A stretch of DNA of 64,000 nucleotides from the NCBI RefSeq assembly GCF_009914755.1, contig NC_060934.1, one strand, 5' to 3'. This document shows positions 15,599 to 29,364 of this stretch, piece after piece. Under the pieces are notes generated by a model. It ran no database searches and was not told the origin of the DNA. It worked only from the letters and a program-made list of their open reading frames with translations. The position numbers and the translations under genes were made by a program. Source of the DNA: the human T2T-CHM13v2.0 reference genome, Homo sapiens. The number at the start of each line of letters is the position of its first letter. Positions within the stretch are counted from its first letter, which is position 1.

Positions 15599-16774
15599 CT
15601 AATCATTCTAATTCTGTCTCAGTTGTAAGGTCGACAGCTTATTCATTATTTTGAGAGCATTCATTTTCAAGGTAAAAAGACAGAGATGATCCCCAAATGA
15701 GACAAAACTTAAGACAATTTGCAATTACATGGCTCTATCCTTTCTTAAACACTAGTCCTTAGTTCACAGTTAGGAGGACTGGGAAGGCAGCTTGGGCATG
15801 GGCAGCCCCCATCAAACGGGAGGCTGAACAGAGGTGGCTTTGATGGCAGGCTGGGAGGTGAGGACAACTCAACTGAAGCATCTTTAAACACAGGGTTAAC
15901 AGGTCAAGTCTAGCTAGCTGTGGGGCAGTTTGGCCCTTCCCCCTTGGGGAATGTTTTACATTCCTTGGAAGCTGCATACTTAAAAGAGATAGACAGGACA
16001 GAGCTTCCCTCCAGGACATGGGAGTAGCCACATTGTCTGGCTGGTGGGTTTTCCCAGAATACCCTGAGGATGGTGTGTTTTAAAATGTGCAGTCCAGGAG
16101 CTGGACAGATCGCCCTTGTTTGTGCATATGTGCTGTGCCCTCTCAAGGTTCCTTTCCTTTTCCATCTGGGAGGTCTCCACTTCCTTTGGCTGTTTCACAT
16201 CCTGGCTTGAGGGAAGGTCCTGATCACTTACTAGTTCACAGCTTTGCATCTCAGTTATATCTCACCATTCATAAGAATTCTGGAGCCCAAGCTGCAACAC
16301 CAGGCTCTTTGTGGAGGAAAATCCATTTTTAAGACATTCTCCTTTGAGAAGCGCCGTCCTTCTGTAAACCCTCCTACACTGAACTGTTTTGTGCCTACTT
16401 TCCTTTTACAGTGCTGCTGTTTGTTAAATGATCAAAATATTGACCAACATAAAGCTGCTTTCTGATGTTAAAATTAGAGTTATATTGAAAATGCAGTTTG
16501 TTCAGGAGTCTTGCATCACCGTAATTATTTTTGTCTTATTTTTAAGATGTTATCAACTCACAGCAGTTACAACGCCCATTAATAATAATCAGCTTACCAG
16601 GAGCCCCACACTCTCTGTGCCCCACAGGAGAACAGCCCAAGGCAAAGGTAGAAGGGTGGTGAAGTGTGGATGGGTGGGGAGGTGACACAGTCCTGGGGAG
16701 GCAGGGGCAGCCTAGGAAAGTGGAGAGATGTCCTTTTCCAGCCTTTGTTCTGTTGGATAAATCTATATCTATAT

Positions 16775-16793
16775 CTAGATAGATAGATGGATG

Positions 16794-16826
<33 letters not shown>
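16775..16826 (+). repeat. (GATA)n/(GATG)n tetranucleotide STR
   Basis: Direct reading. Confidence 0.9.
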
Positions 16827-17644
16827 ATAATTTCCAGTAGCAGGAAGATAGGGAGGTGAGGACAAAGGGAAAAAGCTATCAACAAACCAGGCCTAGTTAT
16901 GTTCTCTGCATGTGGGCTTTCAGACCATCCTTGTCCTCACAGATGTGTTTGGAGTAGACATGTGTTAGATAGCTTACCCTTTTCTCAGAGACCAAGTAGA
17001 GACCAAGTGCTTGAGCCAAGTACTTATTTTTTCCTCAAAAGCAAGTTTCAGCAGCAATTTTTAACTATACCATCTTTTAAAGCAAGCTCCCCCCATCCTA
17101 GGAAACTCTGTGCTCAGGCACTTATTAGTTCTGCAGGGTGGCATGCAAAGGCTTTTCTAAAGCATAATCATAATGGAAAAATAATACATAAAATCTGTGC
17201 ACTTGTGTGTGTGTGTTTAACAAGAAGGCACTTATGCAGCATACATCATTAAACTTTATGTGCATTTGGAGAATAAATTATCATTTCTAGCCTGCCTCTG
17301 GTATGGGTTGAAGAGTAAAATACATTAACCTAAAGTTATTATTTATATGCTAACAAATGGAGTTAATGAAAACTATTTCACATAGAAAGGAAAGATAAGT
17401 GGTATGCAGATTTTTTGAGAATTCACCTGAAAATTGATGGTAAATACAAAGTCTTCTGTACGTTAAGATCATGCAATGGGATAACCTCATTGCTCGAGGA
17501 TTTCACCAAAGCAAACAGAGCAAGAAACGTTCTGTACGTGGTCTCTTCCTGCCAAGCACGCACAATCATCAACTGTTTTCTAAAGAATACACATTTGGAA
17601 TCACACAGACTTTTTGAAAAATTGCTTGAAAAGGTCATTTGTGG

Positions 17645-17925
17645 CAGGGCATCAGGGCTCACGCCTGAATTCCCAGCACTTTGGGAGGCCGAGGCAGGAG
17701 GATCATTTGAGTCCAGGAGTTAGAGACCAGCTGGGCAACATAGAGAGACCCTGTCTCTACAAAAAATTTAGAAATTAGCTAGGTGTGGTGACCCATGGCT
17801 ATAGTTCCAGCTACTCAAGAGGCTGAGGTGGGAGGATCGCTGGAGCATAGGAGGTCGAGGTTGCAATGAGCTGTGATTGTCACTGCACTCCAGCCTAGGG
17901 GACAGAGCAAGCAAGACTTGCCAAA
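17645..17925 (+). mobile_element. Alu (AluJ-like) with expanded purine tail
   Basis: Alu body followed by GA-rich tract. Confidence 0.88.
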
Positions 17926-17977
17926 AAAGAAGAAGAGAGAGAGAGACAGAGAGAAAGAAAGAAAGAGAGACAGAGAG

Positions 17978-18010
<33 letters not shown>

Positions 18011-18230
18011 AAGGAAGGAAGGAAGGAAGGAAGGGGATGGAAGGAAGGCAAGCAAGCAGGGAGGGAGGGAGGGAAAGAGGAAGGAAGGAAGGAGAGAGAG
18101 AGAGAAAGAAAGGAAGGAAGGAAAGAAGGGGGAGGAAGGGAGAGAGAGAGGAGAAAGAAAAAGAAAGAGAAAAAGAAAGAAAAAGAAAGAAAGAAAGAAA
18201 GAGAAAGAAAAAGAAGAAAGAGAAATAAAA
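17925..18230 (+). repeat. ~300-bp purine-rich compound microsatellite (GA, GAAA, GGAA)
   Basis: Direct reading; source of several spurious R/K/E-rich and F/L/S-rich ORFs. Confidence 0.92.
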
Positions 18231-19504
18231 GTCATTTGTTTTTAATTTAATGTTGGATACAATGAAGGGGGAAAAAATCACATGAAGCCATCCATAAAAG
18301 GCCTTAAGGAATCAATCAGATCTATCAGAAATTAATTCAAAATCCCACTTACTGTCTTAAGAGAATGGCTTGAAAATGGTTCTCATTATTAATATCATTT
18401 ACATCAAGATATATAAACCTATTTTTCAGGACTCAAAAATCTAAATGACATCTCAACAACATGTGATTGTACCCAGGCATTTCCCCCTGGGAGCACCAAA
18501 GGGAAGAAGGTAATTTTTCGGTCTTTTGGAAGCTGTGCCCTGGTGCCAAGATGCCTCAAGCCAAAACCACACAGAGCAGCCTGCCTGACAGATGGGCCCA
18601 GTAGCCTTTATCAAGCTCTTAGGCTCTTATGAGCTTCCCTACTTGCGAATTAAACATAAATTTATCCTTTGCGGCTCTTTCATAAAAACATTGGCTCATG
18701 AGTGTTTCCATTTGTCTTTTTACGGATCTTACAAGTCAGTCCAAACTGTTTGCAGAATAACAGCATTTCCTAAGTCTTTCTGAGGTAGGAAGGCCAAAAA
18801 GAATGCAATTGCCCAAGACGAACAGGACACCCTGCTCACTTAATGGACTCCCAAAGGCCTCCTTTACTGGGGCGGCACCCTGGAGCAAGGAGTCTTGCAG
18901 GAACTTCTGTGTGGCCTTGGCTCCCCTGAGACCCAGTGTGTTCCATTAGAGGTAGATGTTGTTTTTCCCTCACTCCCGGGTGGTACAGACACCACCACAT
19001 TGGGCCATCAGGCACAAACCTGGACTCTGCCACTATCTGCACATGTCATTTGGAGGGGGAACTCAGCCTCCCTGAGTTTGTTTTCTTACCTGAATCTGGC
19101 AAAAAGAAAAAAAAAAATCAATCATACATCAGATATTGATTAAACACTGTGACAATCCAGACAGAATCAGTTTTTAAGGAAACATAGTGTCTCTTCCTCT
19201 AGGAGCTCATGATAAAGACTGGAATATACAGCATGCCAGAGTGGTATGCGTGGGTCAGGGACGGGCATTTTACAGAGGGCCCAGGGACGACCTTAAAAAG
19301 GAGGTGATTTGTGATTAAAGACCTGAAGCAGGGGAAGGAGGGAGCGCTGTGGACATCTGGGGAAAGAGCCCTCCAAGGGAAGGAATGACCCTGACAGGAA
19401 CAGGCTGGGTGTGTGGGAGAAACAGTGTGATCAGAGCAGGGAGAAGGAGAGGCAGTAGGAGGAGATGAGGTCAGAGAGACAATTAGGGGACAAGATCATC
19501 TAGG

Positions 19505-19712
19505 GAAGGGGTTGGCACACTATAGCCCTGCCATCCATTTTTTAAAATAGTTTTATGAGAACCACAACCATGTCCTTTGGTTTACATATTGTCTATGGCT
19601 ACTTTCAAACTACCCCAGTAGTGGTGAGTAGTTGTGACACGGACCATTTAGCCCACAAAGCCTAAAATATTTACTATCCAGCCCTGTACAGAAAAGGTTT
19701 ACCAACCTCTGC
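19505..19712. mobile_element. MER58-like DNA transposon (second copy)
   Basis: GGGGTTGGCACACTATAGCCC...TTTACATATTGTCTATGGCT...CAGAAAAGGTTTACCAACCTCTG. Confidence 0.7.
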
Positions 19713-20371
19713 CTTGAAGAAATAGGGGCTAATTTTTCTCCATGGTAGGGAGTCTGGAGTAGGCAGTGCAGGGTTGGTGCAGAAGCTCCATGATGTTAAG
19801 AAGGATCCAGACACCTTTGATCTTTATGCTCTGCCAGCCTCAGCATGCGGACATGTTGCTTTATGATCTCAACATGGCTGCCAGTGCTCCAGACATTACA
19901 CATCATGTCCTCATTTGAGACAGGCAGGCAGGAGAGACATCTGTTCTTTCTACCAGAAAAGCAAAAGTTATCTTCACCATCCCTCAGATCTCTCCTCCCC
20001 CAGGACACCTTCCCCCATCTCTGCGTCCAGAAGTAGGTCGTATGGCCACTTCTAGCTTCACTGAAAAAAAGCTATGAAAAGGATTGTCAAGACTTAGACA
20101 GCTGTTTTGTTTTTTTTAACTGTAACCCGCAGTAAGAAGCACACATAACTGAAACATAAACAATGCAAACAAAAAGTTCCACAAAACACAACTTATATTT
20201 ACTATTTGTGCTGTACACTGGTATTTTCCCTTGCATTTTTGAAGTACTAGTCACATCATCAACTAAATTAATTTCATGACCCACTATTGGGTTGTAAGTA
20301 GAGTATGAAAAATACAAGTGGGCATGAGCCATAACTAGGGGCTGGCATGTTGCTGCTACAGACAAGTGGGT

Positions 20372-20600
20372 ATTTCTCTCTCCTTTCCTTCCCTCCCTCC
20401 CTCTCTCTTTCCTCTCTTCCCCATTCCCTCTTTCCTCCCTCCCTCCTTCCTTCCCTCCTTTCCTTCCTTCCTTCCCTCCTTTCCTTCTTTCCTTCCTTCC
20501 TTCCGTCCTTCCTTCCTTCCTCCCTCCCTCTTTCCCTTTCTTCCTTCCTTCCTTCCTTTTTGTCCTTTTCCTTCTTTCCTATCTCTCTTTCTTTTTTCCA
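20372..20600 (+). repeat. Pyrimidine-rich (TTCC/CT) low-complexity tract
   Basis: Direct reading. Confidence 0.9.
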
Positions 20601-20797
20601 AAGAAGGAAATGGACATTGGCTGGCAACCAACAGTATCTGTAGCCTCCACCATAAGTGAGCTGGAGACCACACCCAGTTCTACTGAACCCTGAAAGAAAA
20701 GGTGACCCCTCCTTCTGAGGGGTCTGACAATGGACCCTCCCCTTCTGAGGGGAGGACGCTGACAATGGACACCTGTGTCTGATGTAAAATGCAAGCA

Positions 20798-21154
20798 CTC
20801 ACAGCCATAAAAGAGAATAAAATCGTGTCCTTTGCAGCAGGATGGATGTGGCTGGATGCCATTATCCTAAGCGAACTAATGCAGAAATAGAAAAGCAAAC
20901 ACCACATGTTCTCGCTTACAAGCAAAAGAGCTAAATATCGGGTTCACCTAGACATAAAGATAAAAACAATAGACACTGGGGACTTCAAAAGTGGGAGGGA
21001 GACAGCGGGGCGAGGGGTGAAAAACTTCCTATTGGGTACTATGCTCACCATCTGGGTGACAGGATCAATCCCAAACCTCAGTACCACACAATGTACAATT
21101 GTAACAAACCCGCACGTGTATCCCCTAAATTTAAAATAAAAATGGAAATTTTAA
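20798..21154 (+). mobile_element. 5'-truncated L1 3' end (L1PB/old L1PA-like) with TSD AAAATGCAAGCA
   Basis: CAGCCATAAAA...TCCTTTGCAGCA...; TSD at 20786-20797 and 21155-21166. Confidence 0.82.
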
Positions 21155-22299
21155 AAAATGCAAGCAGTAACACCAACTGCCCAGGAGTGCTGGGGGAATT
21201 GCATGGGATCCCCAATGTAAAGCACTAGCATAGTGTCTGAGCCCACAATGGGTGCACAGGACACATGGGGTTGCTGTCCCAAACCCAGTCCTCACTCAGA
21301 GCCAGTCATGGCCCTGTGAACAGCATTAATTAGGTCAGAGAGAATGATTCACACTCGAGTTCTGGAGAGCCCAGGGAAACTGTTATGTCACCCTGGTGCT
21401 ATGTTTACTTCTCCTATCAGGAGTGATTAAATTCTTAGGATCTCATGCTCAGAGGTTGACAGTTATATTGAATTTTACCCACTTTTAAAAAACCTTTGGA
21501 AGCACCCGATTATTTGTCTCAGCTTTGATGAGGGCTGTGGAAGAGCAAATGTGTCATGACAAGTCACCAACCACAGGGAGCCTCAGAGCTGTCAAAGGAT
21601 GGGCCATTCTCCAAAAATTCAAGCAAACGCAGAAACGGGAGGGCCCCTGGACTGGGTATCTTCAGTCCTGTCACTTTTTGCAGGTGGGGGTTCCAACATA
21701 AGTCATACAGCAGCCATACAAGCATTAGCACAGCCCCTCTAAGTCGAAGTTCAGGGACCCATGAGACTCAAATCCCAGGCTGATTTTGGTGCATATGGCC
21801 ACCTGCACTTTCTAGAAGATCCATATCAGATTCTAAAATGGCCATGAGACCCTAAAAATATTAGGAAACGCACACTGAATGAAACTAAAATGATTTATGT
21901 TAGGGGTGGGAGAGAACAGGTCCAGAGGTCAGAGCTGGGAATCGTGAGGTAAAGCAGAAATTGCAAATGTTTTCCATCAACCCCATCCCCCACCTTGACA
22001 CCCCCACACCCCAGAAACACTGAACTGTTCCCAGTTCCCCAAATGGCTTGTGGTTTTCTGTCCTCTCTGCCTCCGTGCTGGCAAATATTCGTCCAGGAGG
22101 CAGTGACTGGGAGAGAAAGACTAACTTCTTATTCACCAGATCGGATTTCTTAAACGATAAGGAGTTCTAAGAGGCCATGCCAAGCAAACGGCCAGACTGT
22201 ACAAAGGTGCCCCTTGAGCAATAAATAGCAAATGCTCTGGGCTTTACTGATAAGCCTCCCCAGACTCCAAGCCCCACCAGGCATGCAGACAAGTGCCTG

Positions 22300-23030
22300 C
22301 AGTGATTGCAGCGCCTGCGCAGCGGCCCTTGTTGGAAGTCCAGGAGTCCGCGCTACCCCGCAAAGTCCCTGGCCGCTGCCCGCACACCGAACCTCTCGGG
22401 GCTGAGTCGGGCTGCTTTCTCCTCGCGTCCCGGGGCGCCCTCGGGAACTCGGGAGCGCGCGGCGAGCTGAACAATGGCCTGGGGACACCTGGCAGGTCGC
22501 AGGCCCCAAATCTTCCCCGCCGCCCCTAGGCCACCGCCCTGCACCCGGAACCTACCGGCGTTCCCAGAGCCGGGCGGACGGGGCGGTGCCATTGGCCGGT
22601 GCGGAGTGAGGGGCGTGCTCGGGGCGGGACGGAGAGACCGGGGCGGCACCTTTGGCCGTGCCGGGCGAGAGGCGGGGAGCGGGGCGGGGCGAGGGGCGAG
22701 GGGCGGGGCGAGGGGCGGGCCTGGCCCCGAGCAGCTGAAGCCTGGGGTCAGCAGGCGCTGCGGGCGCAGCTCCGGTGCAAGCGAGGACACGACACATGCA
22801 GTGGCTTCTGGACTGCGCGATGACTGGACGGTGAGTGATGAACGAGCAGGAGAGTGCTTGGGCGTCCATGGAGCATCCCCTCCGACCCAGGACTGCCACC
22901 AGGCAGGGACGCTGAAGCCTGGGCACTTGTGCCCTTCGGCCGCAGCGCGCAGGGTCCCTCCCCCGCCAGCCTGGCGCATTGCGGGCCTCGGGCTCATTGC
23001 TGAGAGGGGGCACTGCGCCTGGCACCTCTG
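22300..23030. promoter_or_regulatory. RASSF4: CpG island / RASSF4 promoter with tandem GC boxes and a reverse CCAAT box
   Basis: Dense CpG; GGGGCG(G/A) repeats at ~22672-22720; ATTGG at ~22592; immediately upstream of the donor at 22830/22831. Confidence 0.9.
22760..22830 (+). other. RASSF4: RASSF4 exon 1 (5' UTR; start approximate)
   Basis: Strong donor ACG|GTGAGT at 22830/22831 downstream of the GC boxes. Confidence 0.75.
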
Positions 23031-26000
23031 TTAAGCAATTTAGGGGCTACAACCTGAGGAAGACAGATGAGCCCGGCCACTGGCTACACCTTTTTTGTTC
23101 ACCTTGTCCTTAACCAGTTTCCTAGAAGCACTGATCCTAGAGTTGGGGAGAGAGCCTAGAGGCCTCTGGCACAACTCTGATTTCACTGATGGAAATCGAA
23201 CGCCAAGATAATAGCAGCAGGGGGGGTCTGTCTCACAATCGCTGTCTGTAGAGGGCTCGCCTTGCTCTGGGCCAAGTGCTTTAACACGATATGCCTCTTA
23301 CTCCTCACAGCAAGTGAGAGTCCTACTTTCGTTATCCCCTTTTCAGATGTGAAAACTGAGGCTTAAAGAGTTATAAAATTGTCCACCTTTACCGGATGAG
23401 TTGGTGATGGAGCCAGGATTTGAACCCAGGGCTTGTTGTGCCCCTGAGTCTCTTGCTCTTCACCCTTAGTCTCCGAAGGTCAGCCTGCCTGCTGCCCTGC
23501 TCTTCTGGGCTCCTGACTCCGGTCCCATCCTGCACTTCCCACTTCCAAAACATGCCTCAGTGTTTTCATTAACCTGGCACGGCGGAGGGAGGGAGGCCTC
23601 CTCTCACACCAGAATCAGTGCCCAGGCCAGGGCCAGCACTTTCTTAAAACACAGTAAGGACAGCTTCAGGAGCCCCATTTCACATAGGAATTAAATAAGG
23701 TCGCACAGCAAATAAGGGCTGGGCTTCTGGAATTTGAACCCAAGCAGGTTAGACTCCAAAGCTATGCTTTGCACTCACAGAGGAGCCCCTCGCTGGCTTT
23801 GCTGTAGTTTAACTGCCCACAGTACTAAGGTGTCAATCAGGATTTGTTGCCAGAAACCATTTTTTTTTAAGTTAGAAGTGAATTGGTGAAGTAACAGGTA
23901 AATGTAGACCATCCTGCCTTCTGTTCCTCTGTGTGGTTCCTTAGCTACTTCTGCCAGGACAGCAGGTTAGGGGAGAAGACAGGAAGGGAGAGGGTCAGAG
24001 GAGAAAGAGGAAGGGAGGGAAGAGGAGAGATGAAACTCATTAAACTTAGGTTAAAAAAATGCTGGCCGGAAATTGTCATGGGCTGTTTCAGCACTTTGTC
24101 AGTGTATGTGAAGGCTGTTGTCATTAGTTCTAGCCATAATTCTCTCAGTGTGTAGTGCTGGTGATTTGACAACAAAAAGGTTGATGCTACAGATTAAAGT
24201 GTCTGTCTGAAACTCAGGAGATTGGGTTGTATTTCCACCATGAAGCTCCAGTGGGTAGCCTGGAGGTCGAGAACAGAATCAAGGTCCAGGGTCGCCCTGG
24301 GTCAGGACCAAGTGGACCATGACAGATAACAAAGAACATGAACGAAACTTGGGTGTGTGTCAGAGTTCAGATTCTGGAAGTGCAAAGCCTCAAAGGGGAG
24401 ACCTAACTAGGGGATCTGCCAGAAAGCCCTCTGCCCTGGGCCCCTGGGGTCTGGGGCCTGGTTTCAGGTGTCAGCTCAGACTCTCTCCTCATTCATGGCC
24501 ACTCCTGCAGGCAGGCCTCACATTCCCATCTCTGGGGCTCCACAGTCTCTCCAGAGCCCCCAACTCCCAGTGTCAATAAGAATAGTAATGGGAGCCTCTT
24601 TTCATTATGGGTGAGCCCAACACAAGGCCCATCTTACAGGTCTCCTCATTCGTCTTCACAGAAGTCATCGAGGATTATAGTTATTTAATTGATGAGGAGC
24701 CCAAGGTTCAGAGAGGGAACTGGACTTGCTTAAGGTAACAGAGCCAGGCAGTCACAGAGCAGAGCTTTAAACCCAGAGCCTTGCAAAGGCTAGGTGGTTA
24801 TTCTCTCACAGAGTATGTTTGGGGAAATTGTTTTAAAATAAAGAAAATCAAATAAGAAGTGGCTGCACTTCCTAAAGCTTCAACAGTTTTCTTATTTTTG
24901 TAAAAGAGAAACTTGTAGTTCCCGGGGTCTCCTTTTCTGGCTGTCCCACCTTCTGCCCTAGGATATACTGTTGAGGAAGAGGCCCGGAACCCCCTCCCTT
25001 TGCCCTGCCTGACCTTGGGAAGCAGGGGTGGGGTGTCATTGAGCCCCATAGCTGCAGTGCTGGGAAGAGCCCTGAAGACTCTCTATCAGCTGCCACAACA
25101 GCTCTGGCTAAACTGATGCCCAAGAGACGGCGCAACACGCTAGGATCACAGGCCAAGTTAATGCCACAGCAAAACTCACATGCAAGGCTCTACAACGTTC
25201 CTCTGCCTCCTCTTTCTTGCTGTGACAGGTTTCAGCAGAGATTCTAAACCTAAGATCTGGGGATCTGGGAGTACATGGACAAGAGCTGTCTCATCTCCCT
25301 GCAGTGATATGCAAATTGTGTGTGTGTTTGCACGTGGATGCAGATTGCAACAACATGCACATACATGCATTTTCTGGGGAGAGTGCACTAAGCTTTCAAG
25401 AGACTCCAAAGGACTCTATGACCCAAAAGATTCTGGGACCCTTTTGTCTCACAGGGCCCTTATGTCCCCAGCAGTGACATGTGGCACACAGGCCTGGGGC
25501 AGTGGACAGCACAGGTGAGGGCAGCCGTAGAGAGCCTCCAGAGCAGCCCTGCAGCAGCAGGCACCCAGAGGGGTCTGCCCCTCTGCATTGCACTCCCAGC
25601 CCCAGGCAATCGGGATATTGGACAGTGCCCATTTTGAGCATGTTTGGCCCGAAAACCATAGCTAAGAAGATCTTTGTTTCTGTGGATCTTCTCTTCCATA
25701 GGCTAGAGGTGAGCCTGGTTGGTGGGGAAGTTGAGGAGTGGTTCAGGGGGTTCCAGGAGCAGAGAATGTATGTTTAAGGTGTAAGGGGGGAGCAGGAGGA
25801 CTGGAAATGGTTTTCTTGTCCCAAATTGCTTTGCCTTGAAACAAGGGCAGAAGCCAGAAGTCTTGCCCACTGGGAAGGCTGGTCTGCGATCTACATGGCT
25901 GCTCAGGGCCAGGCTCTCAGAGGAAGGGGAGCTGTATCAGGGAGGCCTGGATGCTGGACTGGACTCAGAGAGACCTGTCAGTGAGAGGCCAGAACCGCAG

Positions 26001-27989
26001 TGGGGAGTAAAGGTGAGCTGGGCCTGTGTGGTCAGTCCAGGGCAAGGCGGGAGTGGAGGTGGAGGGGAGCTCTGTGCCCGCCTCTCCTGGACTCCCCTGG
26101 TCTCCATCACCTCCACCTGGACAGTGCAGAGTCTTCTGGGGCAGGGAGGAGTGAGTTGAGCCAGAGGGATGATGGCGGGAGTGGAGAGGAGGGGTCTGGT
26201 GATTGGAACTGGGCAGCAGGAGGGGACAGCAGTGTGGAAGGAGGTGGGAGCAGCAGCTGCTGAGTCGCCGCCTGCCATCTACAACCAGACAGCCGGCTCT
26301 CACCACAAAAATGCTTGGCTGAGGGTACCCCCTCAGAGGCACCTGGTTTCGGCAGACGCTGCAACTTCTTCACTGGCCAGGCTCCTGCCATTTGCTGGCG
26401 AACAGGTGCTGGGAGGGGCCTTTTAAAGCTTCATTGTCCTCTGTGCCCTGCTGCCGTTGTGGCTGGCAATTCGAATGTGGTAGCCACAGACTGCAGTCAG
26501 GAACTTAGTCCCCCCAGGAATGCCGTCAGCGTGGCCTGCACCTGCTCTGTGGCCTGCACTTGCTGTCCTCCACCAGCGGGAGCAGCTCAGGCTCCCAGCT
26601 GTGCCCCACACACTTGTCCTCCTTTCTTTTGCTTCCCAGGTCACTTTCGTTATGACCTATTTGATTTAAATCACGCTGAAATAAGAAAATAAAAATCACA
26701 ATTTCAGGAAATGTGAAAACAGAGGTAACCAAGCTCTCAGACTTCACAGATATGCTTAGAACATTTTAATTTGGATGCCTGTACGTTTTCCCTTTTGCCA
26801 AGTGAGGACACCACATCTGTGTTGGCCATGTTTTATGTAAGAAGGGACACTGTCAGAAGGAAAAGCAGGCAGCACAGTCTTAAAATAAAAGGCTTTCAAG
26901 TGGACTCAATTTCGTGTCACGAAAGCCTCACTTCACTCGGCATCTTCTGTTCCTTTTGCCACCGGCCTGTAGGAATTGGGCCCCGGGGGTGACTGAAAGA
27001 ATCACAGTCACCTTCTTCTGTAATAACTTTCCCCACAAACACAAAAAAGGAAAGACGGCCCATGCCTAGCAGCTCTAAAGCCCTCGGCGGCCTTTGTCCC
27101 TCAGTAGTGACAGCAGACTGTCTCTCTCTGCACGGCTGGCAGAGCAGCTGCTGAAGTGGAAAGGGAGAACAACTCACTGCTTGTTCACTGGGACAGGTAG
27201 CCATGGCTGGCATGCCGCCTAGGGGGCCTCCTCTGGGGTACAGACAGCCCTGGCTGCAGCTGATCACTCTGGTTGGGGACAGAGTGTCCTCCAGCCTGGG
27301 AAACAGGCGTGGAGGCCTGAGCTATGTCCTGGGACCTGGGGGAGGGGAACGGGCCCAGACAAAGAAAGCTGTACTTTCCCAGCAGAATGGCACGGCTTGG
27401 GGGAGGGGAGAGCCTGCTGGCCGACTTGGCCTGTCCAACTGCATCTGTCACTCTGTGGTTTTTTGAGCCTGAGCCTGGGTGGCAGGCCAGCCCCAGCCCA
27501 TCCTCTCCTGACTCCTGCTGCCACCCATGCAGCCTCGCTTTAATCCATTTGTGTATTGGGCTTCTACCTAGGATCTAATTTCAAGATAAGGTTGTGCTGT
27601 TTATAAAAGACTGAAAAATACTCCAGCAGAGATTCTCAAAGGCCCCACCCAGTGCACTTGGAGATTCAATGCAAAAGGCTGTTCCAGGAAAATGCTCCAA
27701 ATAGAGAGATGGCTCCCTTTCCTCTCCTGTTGGGTGTGCGTGTTCCCCCTTGCAGTTTGCTGCTGCCACAGCTGTCTTTCAGACACCCCTTAGGTACTCA
27801 TGCAGTTTCCTGTAGATGTGATGTCAAAACGAATTAAATTCATCAAAATGAATGAAAGTCTGGTAAAGGGGATAGGGCGCAAGCACAGTGTTGAGATCTG
27901 CAGTGGAATTCTGTGAGTGATCCTGGAGCTCAGGAAAAACAGGTCTTCTTGCGGTGTTGGCTCTGAGAACCAGAGAGACCAAGTGACTT

Positions 27990-28488
27990 TTGTGGGAGCC
28001 ATAGGCTCTTGGCCCCTTAAAGTTTCACTAAAAATCACAGACATGAGGCAGATTGATTAATAGGAGAAAAGTCATACACATGTACTTAAGGTGCATGCAT
28101 GGGAGCCTTCAGAATGATGGTCCAGCTTCCCAGTGAGTAACAGAGACTTATATACCATTTTGAGGTTACAGAAAGAATGGGGCTTAGATTCTGGTGAAAC
28201 AGGCTATGGAAGGAGGAGAGGCTTGGCTAGTGAAAGTGACCTTGTTATGTAGATGAAGCCTCCCTCAAAGAGACTTTTAAAGGTGTGGATTCTCAGTCTC
28301 TCCTGGATGTGGGGAAAGATCTGGAAAGGGGAGGGGGCCTGGCTGCATTAATGGAGATTCTCTACAGATGCAAATTTTCCCACTGAAGACACTCTGCTAG
28401 CCACTTCTTTCAGGATGGGCAAGTGGCAGCCATTTAAGAATACGTCAAAGAAATATATGTTGGGGATAAAATATTTTCATCTCCTTCC
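27990..28488. mobile_element. ERV1 solo LTR (MER4-group-like)
   Basis: GGCAGATTGATTAATAGGAGAAAAG...GAAATATATGTTGGGGATAAAATATTTT typical of MER4-family LTRs; subfamily uncertain. Confidence 0.6.
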
Positions 28489-29364
28489 CTTGCTTAGGGC
28501 CATGAAGCTAATGAGTGCTGGAGGACACAGAAATGTGTGCCTCTCTCAAAGGAGAGACTCTCTTTGTGTGGAGCCAAGGTTCCCACCCTGTAAGGCTCAG
28601 GACCCAGCCCAGCAAGCTGGAAAAACCTCCCTTTGCTGCAGTGGGCCCTGAGCCACCTCCCTTAGCTTTGCTCGCTGACCCCCCTGCCCTCCCCTGGGAT
28701 GGTGTGCCCCGTTCTCTGCCCCAGCTGTTTACCCTACAAGCCCACCTTGCCCTTTATCCCTTCACTTTGCCATCTGCAGCCTAGGACTCTCCTTTACTTT
28801 CCTCCTGGTCTGTCTCCTCTGAGCAGGTGCCCCCAGCTGGTGCCATTCAGTCATGGCCGGAGACACTCAACACGTTGGTTGTGTCCTATAAATAAGCAGG
28901 CGTGCAGGGGAAAAGCACTCCTGAAGGCCAGTGAGGGAGAACCATGCTTTTCAAGTAGTATTACCCAGAGCTCTAGAAGATGAGGCTCTCTGCCACCACC
29001 ACCTCACTGTCAACCACGGCAATCCCCTTTAATCTGTTTTGCATACATTTTCTATTTGAACAAAGAGTTCCACAGTTAAGAAAATTTCAAACCCATTGGA
29101 GGTCAATATTCTTGTTGTACAGATGGGAAAATTAAGGCCCAGAGAGGAGAAGGCATGCAACGAAGCACCCCAGAGCTCTTTAGGAAGCATTTTCTATGAA
29201 TAAGTAACCACTGCCTGACTTATGGGAAATTCCACTTCTAAGTGTTCCTACTACATATGGCAAAATGAACTTCTTCCCCACACACTATAGGAGACCGGAA
29301 GTAAATGTAAATCATGCCGTGTCGTGAATCAGAAGTCACAAACTGGAGCCTCACTGTCCAGTGG

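Noticed and set aside
17768-18281. Several 60-155 aa ORFs rich in R/K/E or F/L/S
   Set aside because: Translations of the Alu tail purine microsatellite, which lacks stops
20274-20798. 174-aa and overlapping ORFs
   Set aside because: Arise from the TTCC low-complexity tract
22150-23034. Multiple 120-214 aa ORFs on both strands
   Set aside because: Stop-poor CpG island; no domain-like content
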